Assembly: GCA_000752675.2 (NCBI GenBank) | Contig: LM994625.1 | Location: 130,734-154,733 of the forward strand | From: a bacterium OL-1 | GTDB taxonomy: Bacteria; Actinomycetota; Coriobacteriia; Coriobacteriales; Atopobiaceae | Direction: 5' to 3' | Length of the DNA stretch: 24,000 nucleotides | Shown here: piece by piece, positions 23,509 through 24,000 of the stretch | How positions within the stretch are numbered: the stretch's first letter is position 1 | Layout of the letters: every line of letters starts with the position of its first letter | Notes under the pieces: generated by a model | The model's input: the letters and a program-made list of their open reading frames with translations, nothing else | Told to the model about the DNA's origin: nothing | The model's database searches: none | Translations under genes and position numbers: made by a program

Positions 23509-24000
23509 GGAAACGATGATTAATGCCCTTCCAGCACCGCGGCAGCCCGGCTGCCAACGCTGACGCTGCCGGGCATGGGGGCAGGGCCCCCGTCCGGCCC
23601 GGGCAGAGGCCGCCTTTCCCCGGCCGCCCTGCCGGCGCCGTGCATGCAGCCAGGCGGAGCGGAGCCTCTCAGGCAGCTTCGGGCCGGGAGGCGAGGGACC
23701 TGCCTGCGGAGATGCACATGGCCAGGTTCGCGAGGGCGAAGGATACGCAGAGCATGCAGGAATTCTTCCCGGTCCCCCTGTAGCGCGTCCTCAGATGCCC
23801 GAACCGGCGCTTCACGATGAGGAAGGGATGCTCCACCTTGGAGCGGACGGATGCCTTCCTGGATTCGATGCCCTTCTCTGCCGAAAGCGTGCAGTCCAGG
23901 CCCTTTATGGTGGAGGGCTTCCTGGCGACGGTCCAGCGCATCGAGGAGAGGTGGGGATCGGAGGCGACTTCGGGGCGCTTCGCCACGCCCGTGTAGCCGG
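23509..24000 (-). mobile_element. IS5-family insertion sequence, partial (continues beyond the window)
   Basis: Called from the transposase C-terminus below. The tentative element end is at 23509: CTAG (23505-23508, an IS5-type target tetranucleotide) is followed by GGAAACGATG.., which recalls GGAAGG-type IS5 termini. The other end is not in the window, so the boundary is unverified. Confidence 0.5.
23669..24000 (-). CDS. IS5-family DDE transposase, C-terminal part (5' end outside window)
   Basis: RSKVEHPFLIVKRRFGHLRTRYRGTGKNSCMLCVSFALANL is the conserved IS5/IS4-like C-terminal signature (VEHxF..K..FG..K.RYRG..KN). The frame stays open to the window edge. Confidence 0.85.
   Translation of the reverse strand, partial: GYTGVAKRPEVASDPHLSSMRWTVARKPSTIKGLDCTLSAEKGIESRKASVRSKVEHPFLIVKRRFGHLRTRYRGTGKNSCMLCVSFALANLAMCISAGRSLASRPEAA

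Overview
High-GC, Gram-positive-style DNA: GGAGG-type ribosome-binding sites, many PTS genes, and roughly 63-65% GC in the flanks by my spot counts. This suggests Actinomycetota, perhaps Coriobacteriia-like, but that is inference only. Nearly all genes are on the minus strand.

Layout:
1. 1-347: 3' end of a threonine-aldolase-like gene.
2. 505-2269: three unrecognised small or hypothetical genes, separated by long perfect hairpins.
3. 2327-8674 (block A): a fructose-family PTS operon with EIIA, EIIBC, a MalY/PatB-type PLP C-S lyase, an embedded MtlR/LicR-type PRD regulator and a PepV-type M20 dipeptidase.
4. 8923-9724: decayed mobile-element remnants, namely a truncated ORF6N gene and an integrase C-terminal fragment with mutated catalytic residues.
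5. 9799-16344 (block B): a seven-gene operon with a KDPG/KDPGal-type aldolase, galactitol-family PTS IIA, IIB and IIC, a DgoD-like galactonate dehydratase, a phosphotriesterase-family (COG1735) lactonase and an IlvD/Edd-family dehydratase. It has no sugar-acid kinase. A ~356-bp leader of about 30% GC precedes it, and a D-2-hydroxyacid dehydrogenase gene lies upstream.
6. 17875-18139: a repeat-dense intergenic region.
7. 18134-18692: a Phd/YefM antitoxin with a truncated toxin remnant, then an initiator tRNA-Met with its promoter and terminator.
8. 18817-23351: a higher-GC segment with three Cof-type HAD hydrolase paralogs, a small membrane protein and peptidase T.
9. 23509-24000: one end of an IS5-family element.

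Most notable observations:
- The kinase-less PTS, lactonase, dehydratase and aldolase operon looks like a candidate new sugar-lactone pathway.
- A PTS is joined to a C-S lyase and a dipeptidase in one operon.
- A dispersed repeat family with a palindromic core occurs throughout. Its long copies bracket the whole ~17.6-kb lower-GC accessory region beside the tRNA.
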